A program made the position numbers and the translations under genes. The notes beneath the pieces were generated by a model. The model ran no database searches. It was not told the origin of the DNA and was given only the letters and a program-made list of their open reading frames with translations. Below, piece after piece: positions 29,518 through 39,638 of a stretch of DNA of 64,000 nucleotides (its first letter is position 1; every line of letters begins with the position of its first letter). The stretch spans positions 2,464,001-2,528,000 of the forward strand of contig OY970061.1 of the NCBI GenBank assembly GCA_963705255.1, written 5' to 3'. Source of the DNA: an uncultured Methanoregulaceae archaeon. Lineage in GTDB: Archaea > Halobacteriota > Methanomicrobia > Methanomicrobiales > Methanospirillaceae.

Positions 29518-29546
29518 ACCACTAGATGCGCTTTAGTGGTATAAAT
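29518..29546 (-). promoter_or_regulatory. nifB promoter: TATA box plus adjacent inverted repeat ACCACTA-N9-TAGTGGT
   Basis: ATTTATA on the minus strand at 29540-29546, 30 nt before the ATG; perfect 7-bp arms at 29518-29524 and 29534-29540. Confidence 0.5.
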
Positions 29547-29689
29547 AGAGTGCAATCGCGGTAGTACTTCTTTTGATTGTCTCTCATACAGGATAGAAAA
29601 CAGGAACGGTTTTCCTCATTCTCATCGGTGTCAAAGAGCGGAAAAGAGAAGTGTATAATTGTCATACGTTTTAGGTACTGGTGGATACT

Positions 29690-30259
29690 ATGAAGAAATC
29701 TGAGAAGGAGAAAGGGAAGGCGGAAGTCGTCACCCGAAATAAAAAGAGGAAACAGTACGCGATGGTAGCAGCAGTCATACTGATTGTCATTGCGGGGATT
29801 CTATTTTACCTTTACAACCCGTTTTTTGCAAAAACCGGGGATACTGTTGCGATTTATTATACCGGGACGCTCGATAACGGTACCGTCGTGGGATCCAACA
29901 CCAATTCAACACCATTTGTGCTTACCATCGGCAAGACGGATATGATCCCCTACGGCCTGCCGGATGCCGTAATCGGTATGCAGCCGAATGAGACAAAAAC
30001 GGTGATACTGCCTCCGGAGAAAGCCTTTGGCGTCTACCAGCCCTCTCTTGTCCAGACCGTGAACCGATCCTCATTGCCGCCGAATACAACTATCGTTGCG
30101 GGACAGGAATATGATATCATACGGAAATCCGATAATGCCGTCGCGCGTGTGAGGATCATCAATGTCACTCCCACGACGGTTACATGGGATGGGAATTCTG
30201 ATCTGGCAGGTCAGAACCTGACCGTGAAGATCACGCTCGTGCAGATCGTAGGAAAATAA
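29690..30259 (+). CDS. FKBP-type peptidyl-prolyl isomerase with N-terminal TM anchor
   Basis: GDTVAIYYTGTLDNG, VIGM...E.KTV.LPPEKAFG and DLAGQNL. Confidence 0.88.
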   Translation: MKKSEKEKGKAEVVTRNKKRKQYAMVAAVILIVIAGILFYLYNPFFAKTGDTVAIYYTGTLDNGTVVGSNTNSTPFVLTIGKTDMIPYGLPDAVIGMQPNETKTVILPPEKAFGVYQPSLVQTVNRSSLPPNTTIVAGQEYDIIRKSDNAVARVRIINVTPTTVTWDGNSDLAGQNLTVKITLVQIVGK

Positions 30260-30338
30260 CTTTTTTGCAAGAATTCCTGCGAAATTTTCCCGGGACGGGA
30301 AACAATCCTGTGTTTTTACCCATCCATCTGAAAACTGA

Positions 30339-30412
30339 TGGGCCCGGCCGGATTCGAACCGGCGACCTCCGCCGTGTAAGGGCGACGTCATAACCGACTA
30401 GACCACGAGCCC
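30339..30412 (-). tRNA. tRNA-Val(TAC)
   Basis: GGGCTCG acceptor stem, TCGCC-CT-TAC-AC-GGCGG anticodon arm and GTTCGAATC T-loop; no intron, no encoded CCA. Confidence 0.97.
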
Positions 30413-30536
30413 GGTAACTTACTAATGTCGACCTTGGGATTATTAACATTGCTGATTTCCGGATCCCTTATTGCGGAATGGCAAAAAAGGTGACAATTTC
30501 ATCCCGCTGTAGCGTCCCGTTTTGTGCCGGCGGGAA

Positions 30537-31439
30537 TTATTCTTTTTTTGGGATCTTGATATCGATCCCGTATTTTTCCGCGTTTTTGTCCGCTATGACC
30601 TGTATGGCGGCGATCTCCGCGTCCTGGCGCTTCGGCTTGAAGAGGTGCCGGAACCGTTTCTGGGTCTTGAGGTACTCTTCAACCGGTTTGCGCACGACCT
30701 TTTTGACTTTGGTGATTTTTCCTTCGACCATCTCGTAGTTCACCCAGAGTCCGGTCTCGATCGCGAGCCGGGCTATGGCGAGGGTCTGTTCCCCCTCGAA
30801 CCCCCAGCCGGTACAGCACGGGGCATGCACCTGCACATAGCAGGGCCCGGGAGTATTGATGGCCTTCTCGACCTTCTGCATCAGGTCGGCGGGATACACG
30901 ATGGAGGTCGTAGCCACGTAGGGCGCACCATGCGCAGCAAGGATCTGCGGCATGTCCTTCTTGGGACGCTTGTTGCCGAACGAGTGGGAACCGGCCGGGC
31001 TTGTTGTGGTGCTTGCATCGTACGGGGTTGCACCCGAACGCTGGATCCCGGTGTTCATGTAGGCCTCGTTGTCGTAGCACACGTACGTGAAGTCGTGGCC
31101 GCGCTCGAATGCGCCGCTGATGCAGATCATTCCGATATCGAAGGTCGCCCCATCGCCGGCCATGATCAAGACCTTCTCTTTCCGCCCCTGTTTTTTGAGG
31201 GCTGCCTCGATGCCCGATGCCACTGCAGACGCGTTCTCGAAGAGGGAGTGGATCCACGGGACCTTCCACGCGGTCTCCGGGTACGGGGTTGAGAACACTT
31301 CCATACAGCCCGTGGAGGAGACCACAATCGTCTCGGTCCCGGCCGCCTGAGTTACCAGCCGTGCGGCAAGCGCCGCACCGCACCCGCCGCAGGCACGGTG
31401 GCCGCAGTCGAACAGGTCGCACACCTTTTTCTCTGCCAT
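30537..31439 (-). CDS. porB: Pyruvate:ferredoxin oxidoreductase beta subunit
   Basis: GHRACGGCG and TPP motif GDG...[10 protein letters not shown]. Confidence 0.95.
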   Translation of the reverse strand: MAEKKVCDLFDCGHRACGGCGAALAARLVTQAAGTETIVVSSTGCMEVFSTPYPETAWKVPWIHSLFENASAVASGIEAALKKQGRKEKVLIMAGDGATFDIGMICISGAFERGHDFTYVCYDNEAYMNTGIQRSGATPYDASTTTSPAGSHSFGNKRPKKDMPQILAAHGAPYVATTSIVYPADLMQKVEKAINTPGPCYVQVHAPCCTGWGFEGEQTLAIARLAIETGLWVNYEMVEGKITKVKKVVRKPVEEYLKTQKRFRHLFKPKRQDAEIAAIQVIADKNAEKYGIDIKIPKKE

Positions 31440-31442
31440 GGT

Positions 31443-32597
31443 TCAGAGCACCTCCTTACGCAGGCCATAGAACTGGTCGCCCTCTCCTCTTTCGAGAAGA
31501 GCTACGATCTCCCTGATATCCTTTTTCCGCACGTCCCTGCCCCCAAGGCCTAGGATGTAATCCCTGACCGGGATTCCGCTCCCATAGAGGGCGTCCCTGA
31601 CTTCGAGCGCCACAGCCCCTTTCGAGCCGAGCGAGATGTTCTTGTCCAGCACGGCGACACGCTTCGCACGGGCAAGCGCTTTTGCCACATCTTCTGTCGG
31701 GAACGGGCGGAAGACGCGTATCTTGAGGAGCCCGACGTTCTTTCCCTCTGCACGCATCTCGTCGATTGTGTCCTTGACCGTCCCGCAGAGGGAGCCCATG
31801 GTCACGATTACTGTCTCTGCATCGTCGAGCCGGTAACCCTCGACAAGGGCACTGTAGTCCCTGCCAAAGAGGGAGCCGAACTTTTTTCCGGCCTTTGCGA
31901 TAACGTCCTTTGCCCGTCTCTGGGCAAGATCCATCTCGTACCTGAACTCGAGGTAATACTCGGGGGTCGCGTACATCCCGAAACTGATCGGGTCCGCAGC
32001 ATCGAGGCGTTCAGCGGGGGCAAATTTCGGGAGATATCTGTCAACATCCTCCTGCGAGAGCATGTCAACGGGTTCGTACGTGTGGGAGAGGATGAACCCG
32101 TCGAAGCAGACAAAGGCCGGCAGGAGAATTGAGGGGTCTTCTGCCACCCGGTACGCGATGTAATGGAGGTCGGTTGCCTCCTGGTTGTCCTCGGCATAGA
32201 ACTGAAGCCAGCCCGAATCCCGCAGGGAGATCGAGTCCTGCTGATCGTTCCAGATCGAGAGCGGGGCGCCAAGGGCACGGTTCGCGATGGACATGATAAT
32301 GGGAAGGCGCATCCCCGCGGCATTGAAACAGACCTCGAACATGAGGGCAAGGCCCTGTGAGGTCGTTGCCGAATAAGCGCGGGAACCCGCGGCGCTGGCC
32401 CCTACGCAGGCCGAAAGAGCGGACAGCTCATTCTCGACCGTGATGTATTCGGCATCCAGCTTGCCGTTTGCGACAAAGTCGGCCAGCGCTTCCACGATAT
32501 GGGTCTGGGGGGTGATCGGGTAGGCTGAGATCACCTGCGGGCGACAGAGGCTGACCGCCTCTGCCACTGCATGCGATCCCTCGGTTATCTCCATCAT
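31443..32597 (-). CDS. porA: Pyruvate:ferredoxin oxidoreductase alpha subunit
   Basis: SAYPITPQT, ATTSQGL, NRALGAP and RPFP. Confidence 0.95.
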   Translation of the reverse strand: MMEITEGSHAVAEAVSLCRPQVISAYPITPQTHIVEALADFVANGKLDAEYITVENELSALSACVGASAAGSRAYSATTSQGLALMFEVCFNAAGMRLPIIMSIANRALGAPLSIWNDQQDSISLRDSGWLQFYAEDNQEATDLHYIAYRVAEDPSILLPAFVCFDGFILSHTYEPVDMLSQEDVDRYLPKFAPAERLDAADPISFGMYATPEYYLEFRYEMDLAQRRAKDVIAKAGKKFGSLFGRDYSALVEGYRLDDAETVIVTMGSLCGTVKDTIDEMRAEGKNVGLLKIRVFRPFPTEDVAKALARAKRVAVLDKNISLGSKGAVALEVRDALYGSGIPVRDYILGLGGRDVRKKDIREIVALLERGEGDQFYGLRKEVL

Positions 32598-32858
32598 CTA
32601 CTTCTCCTCCTGTTTCATCTCGATCGCTTCCTTCGGGCACTCTGTGGCGCAGATCCCGCACCCTTTGCAGTACGTATAGTCCGGAATGAAGAACTCATCC
32701 TTGTCCTCGCTGATGCAGCCCTCGGGACAGAGGGTCCGGCACATCCCGCATTTCGAGCATTTTTCGTGATCGAAGATCGGTCTGAACACCCGCCACGACC
32801 CGGTCTTGTTGTCCCTCGCCTTTCCCGGCCGTGCCCGGCAGCCGACAGCCAGTGCCAT
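32598..32858 (-). CDS. porD: Pyruvate:ferredoxin oxidoreductase delta subunit
   Basis: TGSWR..RP; two CxxCxxCxxxCP motifs. Confidence 0.95.
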   Translation of the reverse strand: MALAVGCRARPGKARDNKTGSWRVFRPIFDHEKCSKCGMCRTLCPEGCISEDKDEFFIPDYTYCKGCGICATECPKEAIEMKQEEK

Positions 32859-33400
32859 TATGGGGCCCCCTTGACGGCGTTGTAAGCCTGCCGTGCCGCC
32901 TCGATGTTCTTTACCGCCAGCTCTTTCGGGAACCGGTGGTTGAGCGCATGTTCGAGCGCCGAGAACTGGATCTCGCCCGTCGCTGCCGCAAATGCACCCA
33001 TGAGTGAGGTGTTGGTAATGGGCAGCCCGAGGGCTTTGAGCGCGATGGATGTCGCGTCGATGGTGATCAGTTTCACGCCATCCGGCACCTGGTAGTCCGG
33101 TGTCTTTTCCGTGTTGACGATCACGATGCCGCCGGGTTTCACACCCAAAAAGACGTTCACGTCCTTGATCAGCGTGCTGTCCTGCACGATGATATAATCA
33201 GGTTCGTACACCTGGCTGCGGAGCCGGATTTTTTTGTTGTCAAACCGGACGAATGCCTGGACCGGGGCCCCGCGCCGCTCGACCCCGAACGCCGGGAATG
33301 CCTGGGCATAGACGCCGCCTTCGAACGCGGCGACTGCGATCAGTTCGGCGGCGGTGACAGACCCCTGGCCACCCCTACCATGGATACGTAGTTCTCTCAA
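32858..33400 (-). CDS. porC: Pyruvate:ferredoxin oxidoreductase gamma subunit
   Basis: RIHGRGGQG and FG.ERRGAPV. Confidence 0.95.
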   Translation of the reverse strand: MRELRIHGRGGQGSVTAAELIAVAAFEGGVYAQAFPAFGVERRGAPVQAFVRFDNKKIRLRSQVYEPDYIIVQDSTLIKDVNVFLGVKPGGIVIVNTEKTPDYQVPDGVKLITIDATSIALKALGLPITNTSLMGAFAAATGEIQFSALEHALNHRFPKELAVKNIEAARQAYNAVKGAP

Positions 33401-33441
33401 GAAAAATCCCTAATAATCTTACATGATAAATCAATATAAAT

Positions 33442-34314
33442 CTAGAGATCCACATCGAGCCCGAGGATCTCCCGCCTGCCGGAAAATACGTCGCGGGCGA
33501 TCTTGGCAAGCCCGCGGGAAGCGCACCATTCATCGTATACTGCGATATTTGAGCCCAGAAGCGATCCGACTTCCGGAGCGACAACCGGTGCAAGACTGCC
33601 GGCAAGCGCAATCCGGGCACCGGGGTTCAGGAGCCTCATGGCAGCACATTCCATGGCGGCGAAGAGGGCTATGGTCCGCAGGCGCTCCTCATCAGGAAGC
33701 GAGAAGTTCACCCCCGCGTGCTGGAATGCCTCATTTGCCGTACATTCCCCTGCATCGATCTTCCGGATCGCATCCACATCAAGAGCGCCATGCAGGGTGC
33801 CCGGCGCGAAGATGCAGGCATCGAATGCCCCGACCAGTCTCCCGCCTGAGACGAGCAGGGTGACTGTGTTCGAGCTGATATCGGAAACGATCACGTCGCT
33901 GCCGAGGTCCCTGCTGACCTCATACGCGATCCCGATCTTCTCCGGGCTTGACTGGTGCGAATAGGCCTTGAACCTCGGGTCGGTGGGGGATCCCCGGTGG
34001 AGGTCTGGGATGGCGATGGCCGGGATCCCGCTAGCGGCCACCTCGTCAAAGACCCGCGTGCCACCCCCGACATGCTTCCCTGCCCCCTCCCGGCTGACGA
34101 GCCCGCGGTCCCGGACCTTCCCGACACGGGTGATCCGGGAGAAGTTGTCGCCCATCGAGTAGCAGACCGCGATCCCCTCGATCTTGTTGAGCGGGCAGAT
34201 GCGGCCGAGATCGGCGATGACAAATTCCTTTGCTGCTTCACGCGAGAGCTTGAACTCACCCGAATCACCAGCGAACCGCATGGCGGTGGTGCCGTGATCG
34301 ATCCCGATGAACAT
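33442..34314 (-). CDS. Methanogenesis marker protein 12 (UPF0285)
   Basis: MFIGIDHGTT, YSMGD, GGGTRVFDE, DISSNTVT and HGALD. Confidence 0.85.
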   Translation of the reverse strand: MFIGIDHGTTAMRFAGDSGEFKLSREAAKEFVIADLGRICPLNKIEGIAVCYSMGDNFSRITRVGKVRDRGLVSREGAGKHVGGGTRVFDEVAASGIPAIAIPDLHRGSPTDPRFKAYSHQSSPEKIGIAYEVSRDLGSDVIVSDISSNTVTLLVSGGRLVGAFDACIFAPGTLHGALDVDAIRKIDAGECTANEAFQHAGVNFSLPDEERLRTIALFAAMECAAMRLLNPGARIALAGSLAPVVAPEVGSLLGSNIAVYDEWCASRGLAKIARDVFSGRREILGLDVDL

Positions 34315-34353
34315 AACAGTAATCCTATAGCATGGATGACATATTAGGTATTG

Positions 34354-35304
34354 ATGTTTGATGTGGTGACAGGCGGGGCCGGGTTTATCGGCTCGCATCT
34401 GGTTGACACGCTCGTTGCCCAGGGCAACGAAGTCCTCGTGATTGATTCGCTCTGTTCCGGGCGAAGGGAGACGATAGCCCGGCATATCGATTCCTGCAAG
34501 GGAAGGTTTGTGCAGAAAGATCTGCTTGGCGACGGCTGGCAGGATTCAATCAGGAGTGCTGACAGACTTTTTCATCTCGCGGCTGACCCCGATGTGCGCC
34601 AGAGTGCCGTAAACCCGGACCCGACGATGCAGAACAATATCATGGCCACGTACCGGGTCCTTGAAGCCATGCGTCAACACGGGGTTCCCGAACTGGTGTT
34701 CACCTCCACGTCAACGGTATATGGCGATGCCGCGGTAATCCCAACACCAGAAAACTATACCCCGCTCGAACCGATCTCGGTCTATGGCGCGAGCAAGCTC
34801 GCGTGCGAAGCACTGATCTCCGCGTACTGCCACTCGTTCGGGATGAAAGCGTGGACGTTCCGGTTTGCGAATATCATCGGTTCCCGGAGCGGGCACGGCG
34901 TTATTACCGATTTTATCCGGAAACTCGGGGAGGATCCCGCTGAGCTGGAGATCCTCGGCGACGGGAAGCAGACCAAGTCCTATCTTGAGGTGCACGAATG
35001 CGTTGCGGCGATGCTCTTCGCGGTCGGAAAGGCCCGGGGCACCGTCAATACCTTCAATATCGGGTCGGAAGACTGGATCGATGTCAAGAGTATCGCGGAG
35101 ATCGTTGCGGAAGAGATGCACCTGACCGGGACAAGGTTCAGGTTCACCGGAGGCGACCGTGGCTGGGTCGGGGATGTGCCGAAGATGCAGCTCTCCATCG
35201 ACAGACTCAAGGCGCTTCGCTGGAAGCCCCAGACCGGTTCACGGGAAAGCATCCGGATCGCCGTAAGGGACATGCTGGCAGAACAGCAGCACGGCGTATC
35301 ATGA
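34354..35304 (+). CDS. NAD-dependent epimerase/dehydratase (GalE-like)
   Basis: TGGAGFIGS, STSTVYG, YGASK and GDGKQTKSY. Confidence 0.92.
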   Translation: MFDVVTGGAGFIGSHLVDTLVAQGNEVLVIDSLCSGRRETIARHIDSCKGRFVQKDLLGDGWQDSIRSADRLFHLAADPDVRQSAVNPDPTMQNNIMATYRVLEAMRQHGVPELVFTSTSTVYGDAAVIPTPENYTPLEPISVYGASKLACEALISAYCHSFGMKAWTFRFANIIGSRSGHGVITDFIRKLGEDPAELEILGDGKQTKSYLEVHECVAAMLFAVGKARGTVNTFNIGSEDWIDVKSIAEIVAEEMHLTGTRFRFTGGDRGWVGDVPKMQLSIDRLKALRWKPQTGSRESIRIAVRDMLAEQQHGVS

Positions 35305-36452
35305 AATATATTGTTGTCTGCGGGGACGGTATGGCTGACGAGCCGATCGCGGAGCTCGGCGGGAAGACGCCACTCGAATATGCGAGGATTCCGAACATGG
35401 ACCGGATGGCAAAGGAAGGCGCCTGCGGGATGCTCAGCACAATCCCCGACAATTTTGAGGCGGGCAGCGATATCGCGAACATGTCAATCCTCGGGTACGC
35501 CCCTGAGAAGTATTACACGGGAAGGGGTCCGCTTGAAGCACTGAACATGGGAGTAGACCTGGCTCCGGGCGATGTTGCCTACCGCTGCAACCTCGTAACG
35601 GTCAATGACGGGATTATGAAGGATTTCTCTGCCGGGCATATTTCCAGCGCTGAGGGGACGGCACTACTGGCTTCCCTCCAGGGAGCGCTCCCCGGCGTTT
35701 TGCTGAAAGCCGGGATCAGCTATCGCAATCTCCTTGTTGTCCGTAACGGCAGGGGGGCAGAGACTGCGCCGGCTCATGATATTGTCGGGGAAAAAATTAC
35801 CGATCACCTGCCTTCCGGAGGTGACGCGGAGATCCTCCTTGGCTCCATGGAGAAAAGCCGCGAGGTATTCCACAATCATCCGGTGAATGCTGCAAGGATG
35901 CATGCAGGAAAAGCCCCGGCCACCCAGGTCTGGCCCTACAGCGGGGGTAAAAAGCCGGCATTCCCCCTGTTTAATGAAAAATATGGTAAAAAGGGAGGAA
36001 TAATATCGGCTGTCGACCTCCTCAATGGGATCGGCCGCTGTGCCGGCATGGAGATCATTACGGTACCGGGAGCGACCGGCTATCTGGATACAGACTACGC
36101 AGCGAAGGGACGGTATGCCCTCGACGCGATCAGGCACCTCGACTTCCTCTACCTCCACATCGAGGCCCCGGATGAGGCGGGGCATCTCGGGAGCATAGAA
36201 GAGAAGGTGAAGGCGATCGAGAATGTTGACGGGGTCGTCGGCATGATCCGGGAACAGTTCGATGGTGTCCTTGCGGTGCTCCCCGATCATCCCACCCCTA
36301 TACGAGTGAAGACCCACACCCGCGACCCGGTGCCGTTTGCGGTTGTCGGGAAAGGGAAAGACGGGACTTCAGAATTTTCGGAAAAATCTGCCCGATCGGG
36401 CGGGCTTGGAACGAAAAAAGCAACCGGTTTCCTTGAGTTCCTGTTCTCATGA
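35301..36452 (+). CDS. apgM: Cofactor-independent phosphoglycerate mutase (archaeal)
   Basis: GDGMAD, GSDIAN, GRGPLEA, HIEAPDEAGH and PDHPTP. Confidence 0.93.
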   Translation: MKYIVVCGDGMADEPIAELGGKTPLEYARIPNMDRMAKEGACGMLSTIPDNFEAGSDIANMSILGYAPEKYYTGRGPLEALNMGVDLAPGDVAYRCNLVTVNDGIMKDFSAGHISSAEGTALLASLQGALPGVLLKAGISYRNLLVVRNGRGAETAPAHDIVGEKITDHLPSGGDAEILLGSMEKSREVFHNHPVNAARMHAGKAPATQVWPYSGGKKPAFPLFNEKYGKKGGIISAVDLLNGIGRCAGMEIITVPGATGYLDTDYAAKGRYALDAIRHLDFLYLHIEAPDEAGHLGSIEEKVKAIENVDGVVGMIREQFDGVLAVLPDHPTPIRVKTHTRDPVPFAVVGKGKDGTSEFSEKSARSGGLGTKKATGFLEFLFS

Positions 36453-36650
36453 GGAGTGCGGCATCAGTACCCTGCATCATCACAGATCAGTGGGGGTAAC
36501 TTTCATCATCTGCCGCACGCGGCTCGTTTTGTGTTTCATGTCCATGGGGATATAGATTTGGACAGGGAACTTCATCCTTCTGGAACCTTTATCGTATTTA
36601 ACCCGGAATATCCAATGCAGTTATTACCGATCGCGTAGAGGTGTAGTGAG

Positions 36651-37775
36651 ATGAAAAAGAACCTGCTGATGTGGGACGAAACTCTCTTCCGCGACCCTGA
36701 AGTTCTGGAGATCGATTATGTGCCCGATCAGTTCGAGTTCCGGGACGACCAGATGCGAGAGCTGGCATTCCAGATCCGGCCAGGCATGAGAGGCGGCAGG
36801 CCCCTGAACACGGTCTGCAAAGGCCTTCCCGGCACGGGGAAGACCACCAGTATCCGGAAACTCTTTTCCGAGATCGAGGAGACGACCAAGAAACTGGTAC
36901 CGGTCTACATCAACTGCCAGATCGATAACACCAAGTTTGCCATCATCTCCCAGATCTACAAAAAGCTCGTGGGGCACCTCCCCCCCGCAAGCGGCACCTC
37001 GTTCAAACAGGTCTTCGATGCCGTGGCACGACACCTGAAGAAGGAAGAGATTGTCCTCCTGGTGGCGCTGGATGATGCAAACTATCTCCTGTACGAAAAC
37101 GAGATCAACAAGGTGCTCTACACACTGCTTCGCTCGCACGAGACGTACGAAGGTACCCGAATCGGTGTCATCGTGATCATCAGCGACATGGATGTTGACC
37201 TCACCCGTGCTGTTGATGCCCGGGTCGCATCGGTCTTCCGCCCGACCGAGATCTACTTCCCGCCCTATGGGGACAAGGAAGTCCGCGAGATCATGAACGC
37301 CCGGGTGATGCAGGGGCTGTTTTCCGGCGTCCTTTCCGAGGAACTCCTCGACCTTGTTGTGGAACAGACCCTGAAAAGCGGGGACCTCAGGGTAGGTATT
37401 GACCTCCTGAAACGGGCGACCCTGAGTGCAGAGAGGGCCGCACGGCGCACTATCGAGCGTGAGGACATCTGCGGAGCTTACGAGATCTCAAAATATCTGC
37501 ACCTTGCGTATACCGTAAAAACCCTCAAGGACGACGAGCGTCACATCCTCAGATCATTTGCAGAGAGGAGTGCAAAGGCGCATGAGATGAACGCGGGTGA
37601 GGTGTTCAAGGCAATCAAGGAACCGCTTGCCATAGGATATACCCGGTTTTATGAGATTGTGAAGAAGATGGATGCTATGCGCCTGATCAACCTAGAGTAC
37701 CGGGAAGGGAAAGGACGGACGCGGGTCATCACGCTCCGCTATGACCCGGCAAAAGTGATCGAATATCTTTCCTGA
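36651..37775 (+). CDS. cdc6: Orc1/Cdc6 replication initiator
   Basis: DYVPD..FR, GLPGTGKT, YINC, GDLR.GIDLL and a C-terminal winged helix (GKGRTR). Confidence 0.95.
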   Translation: MKKNLLMWDETLFRDPEVLEIDYVPDQFEFRDDQMRELAFQIRPGMRGGRPLNTVCKGLPGTGKTTSIRKLFSEIEETTKKLVPVYINCQIDNTKFAIISQIYKKLVGHLPPASGTSFKQVFDAVARHLKKEEIVLLVALDDANYLLYENEINKVLYTLLRSHETYEGTRIGVIVIISDMDVDLTRAVDARVASVFRPTEIYFPPYGDKEVREIMNARVMQGLFSGVLSEELLDLVVEQTLKSGDLRVGIDLLKRATLSAERAARRTIEREDICGAYEISKYLHLAYTVKTLKDDERHILRSFAERSAKAHEMNAGEVFKAIKEPLAIGYTRFYEIVKKMDAMRLINLEYREGKGRTRVITLRYDPAKVIEYLS

Positions 37776-37843
37776 GACAGGATCATTTTGAAAAATATTA
37801 ATTATCCCAAAGCCCTCTTTTTATGAGACAGGGGTTTTTTATC

Positions 37844-38791
37844 ATGCTGAGTGTTAACGAACTGGCACTGGAAATTTTTGATAACCTCGCCGACCTGGCC
37901 GAGGAATTCAACTGCGCTTATCATGAACTAGACAATGGCGCACGGATCGTAGATTGCGGGGTAAGCGTCCGGGGCGGCTACGCAGCCGGGAGGGCTTTCA
38001 CCGAGATCTGCATGGGCGGTCTCGGCGAAGTGAACTTCCGGATGGGACAGATCAAGGAATTCCCAATGCCCTTCATCGACGTGAACACGGACTTCCCGTC
38101 CATCTCGTGCCTCGGCGCGCAGAAGGCCGGATGGACAGTCAAGGTGGGCAACTACTTTGCCATGGGAAGCGGCCCGGCCCGGGCTCTCTCGCTCAAGCCA
38201 AAACACACCTTCGAGGTCATTGAGTATGAAGATGACTACGATTGCGCCGTGATCTGCCTTGAGAGCGACCACCTCCCGAATGCGGATGTGATGGAGAAAG
38301 TCGCGGAAGAATGTCACATCGATGTGGCGAATGTCTGCGCGGTTGTCGCCCCGACCGCTTCGATCGTGGGTTCCATCCAAGTCTCCGGGCGCTGTGTCGA
38401 GACGGCGATCTACAAGCTCAACGAACTCGGGTTTGATACAAAGAAGGTCGTCGCCGCCATGGGAACAGCTCCCGTCCCGCCGGTCAAGAAAGACGCGACG
38501 AAGGCGATGGGAACCACAAACGACGCGACGATTTACCATGGCCGCATCATGCTCACAATGAAGGCACCCGAGATCAAGGATTATCTCGAGAAGATCCCGA
38601 GCAATAAGTCCAAGGGCTACGGCAAGCCGTTCTACGAGATCTTCAAGGAAGCCAAGTTTGACTTCTATCAGATCGACACTTCGCTCTTCTCTCCGGCAGA
38701 GGTTATCATCAACGAGCTTACTGATGGTGTCGTATATCACGTCGGTGCGGTCAACCCCGAAGTCACACTGAAATCGTTCGGGCTCCAGTAA
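37844..38791 (+). CDS. mch: Methenyltetrahydromethanopterin cyclohydrolase
   Basis: MLSVN, EIC.GGL, MGSGPARAL, GS.Q.SGR.VE and FDFY.ID..LFSPA. Confidence 0.97.
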   Translation: MLSVNELALEIFDNLADLAEEFNCAYHELDNGARIVDCGVSVRGGYAAGRAFTEICMGGLGEVNFRMGQIKEFPMPFIDVNTDFPSISCLGAQKAGWTVKVGNYFAMGSGPARALSLKPKHTFEVIEYEDDYDCAVICLESDHLPNADVMEKVAEECHIDVANVCAVVAPTASIVGSIQVSGRCVETAIYKLNELGFDTKKVVAAMGTAPVPPVKKDATKAMGTTNDATIYHGRIMLTMKAPEIKDYLEKIPSNKSKGYGKPFYEIFKEAKFDFYQIDTSLFSPAEVIINELTDGVVYHVGAVNPEVTLKSFGLQ

Positions 38792-38859
38792 CAATACCCT
38801 ATTTTTTGGCTCCGAAGAGATCATAAGAAAATTCTCTTAACACTCTTTGGGGCTTCGGC

Positions 38860-39254
38860 ATGTTGAATCTCGAAGAGATGAGACATGAGAAGAACCTGTA
38901 GGGTTCTTCGAACAAAGGCTCCGCAGTCCAAGATTTTCGAATGAAAATCTTCTCCACAGCCTTCGGCTGTCCCCGCCTCTGCGGCAGCTCGAAAATGTCG
39001 AAACATTTTCTCGAAGCATGCCATACCTTTGGCGATGGCTGCATCCCCTATATTGAGATAGTCCCTCAGAAGGTTAGTTAAAATCCCGCCGAAAATGGGG
39101 TCGAAGATTTACTTTATAAATCTTCTCCTCTTCGAGGTCTGAAAACCTCTCAGAGATTCAAGGGAATGCCCCCCTTGTGTTGCTCTCCCTCTGAGGGAGA
39201 CTGCTGTTCCCGAATGGAAGAGCAGGCTTGAGAAGAATTCGGAGAGTTCTTCGA
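38860..39254. repeat. Second island of GA-[hairpin]-GA repeats (5 core copies, no ORF)
   Basis: Cores at 38887-38911 (+), 38927-38954 (-), 38989-39012 (-, GAAAA/TTTTC variant), 39101-39127 (-) and 39230-39254 (+). Flanks match modules at 5161-5220, 6021-6055 and 6958-7011. Confidence 0.85.
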
Positions 39255-39638
39255 TTTGAGAGAGGGGGGTCACACTCATAATCGTTGAAGAATATAAATG
39301 CATCACATGATAAAATAGAATTTCTGCAGAGCCTATTTTTCTGCGTTTTTTCAGCTTCTTGATCAAAAAAGAGAGACTGGCAAGGTTATCCCTTTTGAAG
39401 TGAGGGTATTTCCGGATCGCGTAAGGAGAGATTGCCTTTCCCGTAGCAGATCATTTCAGATCGTATCCGTCTCTCGACTTTACGTGTCCTATTCTGGACT
39501 CGCCATCATTGTATCTCGTATCTGAATTAATTTTATTCATGGAGTATCCCACTAATAATTCTCCAGACCAATGACAGACTCATTTGAGAATCCCAGAAAA
39601 TTGTGGATGATTATCAAATTTTCCAAAAAGTGTCTTCA

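Noticed and set aside
29603-29615. NrpR operator upstream of nifB
   Set aside because: The sequence is GGAA-N5-TTCC, not GGAA-N6-TTCC.
30339-30412. tRNA-Val as an integration site
   Set aside because: I noticed no duplicated tRNA 3' end or integrase, and the flanks are housekeeping genes.
36453-39638. Replication origin beside cdc6
   Set aside because: Only weak ORB-like strings (TCCTTCTGGAA near 36570, GTTCCCGAATGGAAG near 39206); no repeated canonical ORBs around a clear unwinding element.
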